From Methanobacteriota archaeon (GTDB lineage: Archaea; Thermoplasmatota; Thermoplasmata; SG8-5; JACRNV01), in contig JACRNV010000028.1 in NCBI GenBank assembly GCA_016214785.1, positions 67,445-131,444 of the forward strand: a stretch of DNA of 64,000 nt, written 5' to 3'. A model generated the notes under the pieces. The model saw only the letters and a list, made by a program, of their open reading frames with translations, did no database searches and had not been told where the DNA came from. The translations under genes and the position numbers were made by a program. This document shows, piece after piece, positions 59,135 to 64,000 of the stretch. Each line of letters starts with the position of its first letter. The stretch's first letter is position 1.

Positions 59135-59630
59135 CCTCTTTACCCCCTTACCCTCCTCCGCATTAGTATTCTTTACTTGAGAGGGTATAGATAAATAGTG
59201 ATGCGAGTAGAAATAAATTCCTAACAATTTGTAGCATGTTGAAAAATGAGTGCTCCCCACCATAAATGGTGGGGAGCACTCATTAACGAGAAAATACTTG
59301 AAAAGGGTCATTTGTTGGTTATGTGAAATCAATTATTTTTTAACATTATCTATCCTCTGAATGAGTAAATTTTGCTTCTATTTGAGGATTCAGAATTCAA
59401 TTCCAAATTTTTTGTTTATTTATCAATCTTTTCGGAGGTGGCAAGTAGAGCCTCAGTCGTAAGGTTTCTTGGGCTATAGGGAAAAGCCGTAATAGTCGAC
59501 ATATAAAAGGTAAGAATATCGGAATAATACTTGCAATTGGGGTCCCTCCCATAAAAATTTCCGCGAGTGCGATTGGCATTGCGCAAGCATCAGCCTGGCT
59601 TCAAGGAAACATGCGTCTGATAGCAGTAAC

Positions 59631-59870
59631 ATGGTGATGTTGAGGTGCCCTATAATGTCAAAAAAAGATTGGTTATGGACAATAATACTTGCATTATGCT
59701 TGGTCGGGGTTGGAGGATTCCTACCACTTGCCATTGGAGGTGGATATAACCTACTTTTTTCTACAAGTAACAACATATCTTTTGATATTATTGTTTTTCT
59801 AATAGTTGTGGTAGTATGCATAATATTAACGATTGTTTCATTGTACTGCTTGCGAAAAAATTGGAGATGA
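59631..59870 (+). CDS. small membrane protein (2 TM) in low-GC island
   Basis: 79-aa hydrophobic ORF upstream of the Rhs-CT gene; codon usage AT-rich relative to the host. Confidence 0.35.
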   Translation: MVMLRCPIMSKKDWLWTIILALCLVGVGGFLPLAIGGGYNLLFSTSNNISFDIIVFLIVVVVCIILTIVSLYCLRKNWR

Positions 59871-59915
59871 TGACCGAAAGAATTAAACAAACAAAATCGC
59901 ATATGCGATAGGAAG

Positions 59916-60872
59916 GTGGCAAACCGAATGCACGCAGGAGGTGAGTACTGGGTCGAAGCGGACAACGGAAACGTATCGGTCAGCGTGAGCCTGTTTTTCG
60001 AATGCAAATCAGAGGTTCAGTATTTTAGACTGCCGCCGAACGGCGACAGAATAGAGAGAGCCAACGACACCGGAACCACATACTACCTCTACGACCGGGA
60101 GGATGTCATCGCCATCCTGAACGAAACAGGTGCACCGGTCAAGGAGTTCCTGCACGGAATTGGAATCGATGAGCCGGTGGCGATGAAGATTGGAGCGAAC
60201 ATCTACTATTACGCTCAGGACGGCCTGGGCAGTACTGTCGCACTGATAAACGCGGCAGATGGTAACGTAGTTGCTGCCTACAGATATGATGCGTGGGGCA
60301 CACTCCAGAACTATACTGGAACCATCGCAACCAAGAACCCATACCTATTCACCGGCAGAGAGTACGACTGGCAGACTGGGATATACTATTACAGAGCACG
60401 AAGTTATGATGCGAACCTTGGGCGATTCCTCCAACGCGACCCCAATGGGATGGTCGATGGGACGAATATGTATGTGTATGTTGGGAATGATCCTATGAAC
60501 AGGGTTGACCCAAGTGGGAAAGGATGCGGTTGGAACTGGGGATGTATAAACTGTATGTTCTGGTGTGGATTAGCTAGTGTCGTTGGCATTGGCATTATTG
60601 GGGGGATACTTGCGGCGGCCGTGGGTGGAGGCGTACTTGGCGCCATTACAGCAGGCATTGTTGCTCTAATGTTGGCTCCGACTTTGTACCTAGCGTGTTG
60701 TAATAAATGTGGAGCAATTCCATCAATCCCAGGAGGAGTTCTACCTATTATATCAGCAGCTTTAGCCTTAACATGCGCAGTAGTAGGGACAATATCTATT
60801 ATTGCCCGGTTAGTATGTATTGTATCTGTCGGTGTCTTTTTCTCACTGATAAGAATACTGCTAGGAATATAG
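59916..60872 (+). CDS. orphan Rhs/YD-repeat C-terminal core fused to a glycine-zipper hydrophobic toxin-like domain
   Basis: YD repeats (TYYLYD, AAYRYDAWG) and the Rhs core terminus KNPYLFTGREYDWQTGIYYYRARSYDANLGRFLQRDPNGMVDGTNMYVYVGNDPMNRVDPSG (YDxxTGLYYxRxRxYDPxxGRFxxxDP...DPxG); then a 125-aa Cys/Gly-rich membrane segment with GxxxG arrays (GIGIIGGILAAAVGGGVLGAITAGIVALM). Confidence 0.75.
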   Translation: MANRMHAGGEYWVEADNGNVSVSVSLFFECKSEVQYFRLPPNGDRIERANDTGTTYYLYDREDVIAILNETGAPVKEFLHGIGIDEPVAMKIGANIYYYAQDGLGSTVALINAADGNVVAAYRYDAWGTLQNYTGTIATKNPYLFTGREYDWQTGIYYYRARSYDANLGRFLQRDPNGMVDGTNMYVYVGNDPMNRVDPSGKGCGWNWGCINCMFWCGLASVVGIGIIGGILAAAVGGGVLGAITAGIVALMLAPTLYLACCNKCGAIPSIPGGVLPIISAALALTCAVVGTISIIARLVCIVSVGVFFSLIRILLGI

Positions 60873-60884
60873 GGAGGAACAAAT

Positions 60885-61136
60885 TTGTTTTATTTTTTTT
60901 ATGTATTTCTTATAATTTTAAATACCATTGCTTTAATATCATTATGCTATGATAAGGACCGATTAAACAATAAGAAAAAATGGCTTTGTGGATTTGTTTT
61001 CATCCTGATATGTCTGTTAATCGCCTGGATACTTTTACCTTCTGATTACATTGAGGTGACTTCTGTGGCCTTTATAATTATGGCAACAACTTCATTTTAC
61101 ACACTTCACAGATTTGGTTTATTATCTAAACCATGA
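60885..61136 (+). CDS. putative immunity protein (small 2-TM membrane protein) for the Rhs-CT toxin
   Basis: 83-aa hydrophobic ORF starting 13 nt after the Rhs-CT stop, same strand, very low GC; position and size typical of polymorphic-toxin immunity genes. Confidence 0.4.
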   Translation: MFYFFYVFLIILNTIALISLCYDKDRLNNKKKWLCGFVFILICLLIAWILLPSDYIEVTSVAFIIMATTSFYTLHRFGLLSKP

Positions 61137-61172
61137 GGTTGTATTGCACAGGAAAATATGGAAGGGAATCCC

Positions 61173-61445
61173 TCACAGGCAATACTCTTTTTTCAACGCA
61201 TCTATATGGAGCGAATAATTCTTATCTTTCGAAGCAACCATCTCTTCCAGCAATCTTTTAGCCTTGTCTCGATGGCGCTCACTAACAGGATACTGGCTTA
61301 CCAAACTCTGCATCTCCTCGACAGCTACTTCTTTGTATTTCCAACCGTCTGGTAAATACGATTGATAATGCGCATACCAATTCTGCTGCATTGAGTAAAA
61401 TGTCTTCGAGTCGAGACCAAGAACACTGTTGTATGGTTTTAACAA
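61173..61445 (-). CDS. hypothetical small protein (low-GC island)
   Basis: 90-aa ORF, AT-rich, no motifs. Confidence 0.3.
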   Translation of the reverse strand: MLKPYNSVLGLDSKTFYSMQQNWYAHYQSYLPDGWKYKEVAVEEMQSLVSQYPVSERHRDKAKRLLEEMVASKDKNYSLHIDALKKEYCL

Positions 61446-62031
61446 TCCTTTTACTCACGTTTATTATCACCAGTTATATTTTAAATGTAATTTTTTTTAG
61501 AATATATCCCATTAAATCATGTTAAGTATATTGCATTATTGTTTTTTTACCATCCGACGGCAGCCCTAATCGCCTGAGCCAGGGTACGCAATTCCCATTT
61601 ATCGTATTTTGCCCCTCCAGGTGTCCGCGCTCTCCATTACAAAATATCGTAAATGGTCGGGCTGCATCCAGCCAGATGACCTGGCTCCCCATTCGTAGAG
61701 TCGGCTGCATTTTTTCTCTCATTTCTCTTTTTTCCTTCTTTCACACTGACAATACACCGTTAAACACGGTGTAGTCAATGGCTATCATAATCGACGCCTC
61801 CAGGATCGGGCTGGGGGAGCGGCAGGCATCCCGACGCAACAGGAACAAGTACGCCGACGAAAAGGACTAGCAGGTCATTGACAGCCTCGATGAAGAAATC
61901 GAGGCCGGGCTGTGGTCGTACAGGGTCAAGCGTCCGTTACTCCAGTTTCAATCTTATAATTGCCTACTACAGCCTCGTAGAACCCGGCGCCGAAACCTTT
62001 ATTCCCTGAAGGGCATCCACCCCTTGATAAC

Positions 62032-62529
62032 ATGGGCAGCGCTGACGAGGACATACGCGAGGGCGAGCGGTTGCTGAACGAGTTCGATTACAAGGGCGCG
62101 CTCGCGCGGTTCGACAAGGCCGTCAAGAACGCCCCTAACGACCCGCGCGGGTACTTCGGCAAGGCCGAGGCCGCCATGGGGGAGCAGAAGGCCTCCGTCG
62201 ACCAGATCCTCGAATGGTACAGGAAGGCCGTCGACCTTGACAAGAAGAACGTCTTCTACCTCACGACCCTCGGGAGCTTCTGCGTCGAGGTCGGCAAGTT
62301 CAACGAGGCCGAGGAGTTCTACAACAGGGCCACGGAGATTGACGAGGAGAGCGCGCCGCTTTACTACTCGGAGTTCGCCATAGGATACTACATGCGCGCC
62401 CCGATAATCTACGAGAAGTTCCTTGACGACAAGACGATGACCATGATAAAGAAGAAGACGCTCGAGTACCTGCTGAAGGCCATGGACACCACGCCCGCGC
62501 AGGCCAAGCAGCTCATTGACGCGAAATAA
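62032..62529 (+). CDS. tetratricopeptide-repeat protein
   Basis: 3-4 TPR-like helical hairpins (YKGALARFDKAVKNAPNDPRGYFGKAEA; FYLTTLGSFCVEVGKFNEAEEFYNRATEID). Confidence 0.65.
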   Translation: MGSADEDIREGERLLNEFDYKGALARFDKAVKNAPNDPRGYFGKAEAAMGEQKASVDQILEWYRKAVDLDKKNVFYLTTLGSFCVEVGKFNEAEEFYNRATEIDEESAPLYYSEFAIGYYMRAPIIYEKFLDDKTMTMIKKKTLEYLLKAMDTTPAQAKQLIDAK

Positions 62530-62558
62530 GGATAAGGTAAGGGTTTTGGCGCGCCATC

Positions 62559-63494
62559 TTATGGGCTAGTATTGTTCGCGTTGAGGTTAATCAGAGGCGT
62601 GATGCCGCTCTCCGGGAGGATGACGAACTGGATGTTGCTGTTCGGGTCGGTGAGCGCCCGGATGTAGAGCCACCGGAGGTATATCTGCGAGGCCTCCGTC
62701 TCGTTCGTAATGTTGAACTGGTGCATAATGATCTGGATGGCCTCTGCCTTCGCCGTCGCGTCGATGATGGTGACGTTGGCCGCCGCGCTCGCGTTGACGA
62801 TCGTCTGGGTCGCCACGAACGACTGCGCCTGCAGGTTGTAGCCCTGGGTGATGACGTTTTGCTCCGCGACCTTCTTGGCGGTTATGGCGTCCTCGTATTG
62901 CTGCGGGAGCGATATCTCCTGCAGGGCGAACTCCTCCATGACTATGTGCTTCTGCAGGAACTTCGTCGAGATGTTGCTCTGTATGGCCAGCGCCACCGCC
63001 GACCTGTTGTCCCCGCGGATGTCCAGCGCCTCGAAGTTCGCGCAGACGTCCCTGGGCACCGAGCGGCATATCGGGACTACGACCGTCTCCCTGAAATTGC
63101 CGTTCTCGACCCTTATCTGGCCGACCTTCGTCGGGTCGAGATGGTAGACGACCTGAAAGTCTATGGTTATCGCGACGTTGTCCTTGCTGTTCACGACCAG
63201 GTTCCCGACGTTGTCGTCGGCGTACGTCTCGCCTATGAACTTCTCGGACTGCGTGTTGTACCTTAACAGCTCGACGCCCTGCAGGGGGTTCTTCCACTGC
63301 CAGCCCTCGTCGTACACCTTTCCCACGTCGAACCCGTTCACGACCACGGCCTTGTGGCCGGCGGGCACGTTTATCAGCGACATCGCCAGGAGCGCGACTG
63401 GCACGATGACGATCGCTATTATCAGCACCACGATTATCAGCGGCCTCGCCCCGCTCATCAGGCTCAGTTCCCCGTCTTTCTTCATCGCGGTCAT
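62559..63494 (-). CDS. SPFH/band-7 (stomatin/prohibitin-like) membrane protein
   Basis: N-terminal TM helix followed by an SPFH domain (AVVVNGFDVGKVYDEGWQWKNP...) and a C-terminal coiled/Q-rich region. Confidence 0.8.
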   Translation of the reverse strand: MTAMKKDGELSLMSGARPLIIVVLIIAIVIVPVALLAMSLINVPAGHKAVVVNGFDVGKVYDEGWQWKNPLQGVELLRYNTQSEKFIGETYADDNVGNLVVNSKDNVAITIDFQVVYHLDPTKVGQIRVENGNFRETVVVPICRSVPRDVCANFEALDIRGDNRSAVALAIQSNISTKFLQKHIVMEEFALQEISLPQQYEDAITAKKVAEQNVITQGYNLQAQSFVATQTIVNASAAANVTIIDATAKAEAIQIIMHQFNITNETEASQIYLRWLYIRALTDPNSNIQFVILPESGITPLINLNANNTSP

Positions 63495-63561
63495 TTGACC
63501 ACCCGGGAGATGATTGCGCCCCGCTCTCTTAAACGTATGCAGGGACTGCCCAGGGAACACC

Positions 63562-64000
63562 CTAGCGAAGGCGGGCGACGAGCGCTGGGTCTACGTTCCC
63601 GCCTGATAAGACTACCCCGATTCTCTTTCCCCGGAAGCTGGACTCCCTTTCAATAAGGGCGCCTAGCGGCACCGCGCCCGACGGCTCGACGACGAGCTTC
63701 ATCCTTTGGAATAGGTGCCTCATTGCCTCGATAATCCCTCCTTCCGAAACAATGGCGATTCCGGCAACGTTGCTCCGTATGATCTCAAAGGTGAGAGGGC
63801 TCAGCGAAGTGAGGAGGCCGTCGGCGATGGTCTTCGGGTTCGTCTGCGGTATAAGCATCCCCTCCTTCAGCGAGCGGAAGGCGTCGTCGGCGCCTTCCGG
63901 CTCCGCGCCCCAGGATTTAACTCCATTTGAGAAGTATTTCGCGCTCAGGGACGTGCCGCTGAGTAATCCACCACCGCCAACCGGGGCTATGACCATGTCC
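63562..64000 (-). CDS. PLP-dependent fold-type II enzyme, threonine/serine dehydratase-like (3' part; gene continues beyond window)
   Basis: Gly-loop VIAPVGGGGLLSG and C-terminal region typical of threonine ammonia-lyase/serine dehydratase family; N-terminus outside the window. Confidence 0.6.
   Translation of the reverse strand, partial: DMVIAPVGGGGLLSGTSLSAKYFSNGVKSWGAEPEGADDAFRSLKEGMLIPQTNPKTIADGLLTSLSPLTFEIIRSNVAGIAIVSEGGIIEAMRHLFQRMKLVVEPSGAVPLGALIERESSFRGKRIGVVLSGGNVDPALVARLR

Larger units (their letters stand above)
59150..61600. other. low-GC genomic island (putative horizontally acquired polymorphic-toxin cassette)
   Basis: Sharp fall in GC content versus flanks (host about 62-65%); contains the Rhs-CT fragment, small membrane ORFs and, at its right edge (61750-61990), stop-interrupted gene remnants. 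Confidence 0.5.

Noticed and set aside
59916-60872. Possibility that this is the 5' end of a full-length Rhs gene or belongs to the large PKD/beta-propeller protein
   Set aside because: Only about 190 aa of YD/core sequence precede the C-terminal tip and the core-terminus motif is near the ORF's C-terminus, so it is a C-terminal fragment, not an N-terminus. The PKD protein is on the opposite strand and has propeller/PKD repeats, not YD repeats.
1-64000. CRISPR arrays, rRNA genes, transposases/integrases
   Set aside because: No regularly spaced direct repeats, no rRNA-like conserved stretches, and no DDE/tyrosine-recombinase-like ORFs were recognisable. The low-GC island lacks an obvious intact mobility gene.

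Overview
This window is 64 kb of high-GC (roughly 60-65%) archaeal chromosome with about 60 genes. Archaeal assignment rests on an rps13-rps4-rps11-rpoD (Rpo3, ferredoxin-domain) operon, RFC large subunit, TYW1/Taw1, PurP, cupin-type PGI, FBP aldolase/phosphatase, PRC-barrel protein, intron-containing tRNAs and sequon-rich surface proteins. Most likely a euryarchaeote; the lineage cannot be fixed from sequence alone. Housekeeping and central metabolism: M29 aminopeptidase, PEP synthase, FBP aldolase/phosphatase, TPI, cPGI, PurP, CutA, RidA, MFS and CDF transporters, a UDP-sugar dehydrogenase. Accessory content is concentrated in several blocks. (1) An alpha-2-macroglobulin-like thioester protein (GCGEQ; FPETWIW) of about 1470 aa whose bait-region position is occupied by a hydrophobic hairpin plus a Gly/Ser-rich linker, next to a membrane-embedded wHTH/zinc-ribbon regulator. 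(2) An AbiEi/AbiEii type IV toxin-antitoxin pair. (3) Two back-to-back ABC exporters (FtsX/MacB-like and ABC-2) headed by an AbrB regulator and a membrane wHTH protein. (4) A lower-GC glycan island (LbH N-acyltransferase, deacetylase-like, GT4). (5) An acyl-carrier-protein cluster (ACP, adenylating ligase, M29 paralog, RraA-like, AcpS), unusual for archaea. (6) Two paralogous giant coiled-coil proteins. (7) A low-GC island carrying an orphan Rhs/YD C-terminal core fused to a glycine-zipper membrane toxin-like tip with candidate immunity genes: a polymorphic-toxin cassette in an archaeon. No rRNA, CRISPR array or obvious transposase was seen. Most long antisense ORFs in the six-frame track are GC-composition artefacts.
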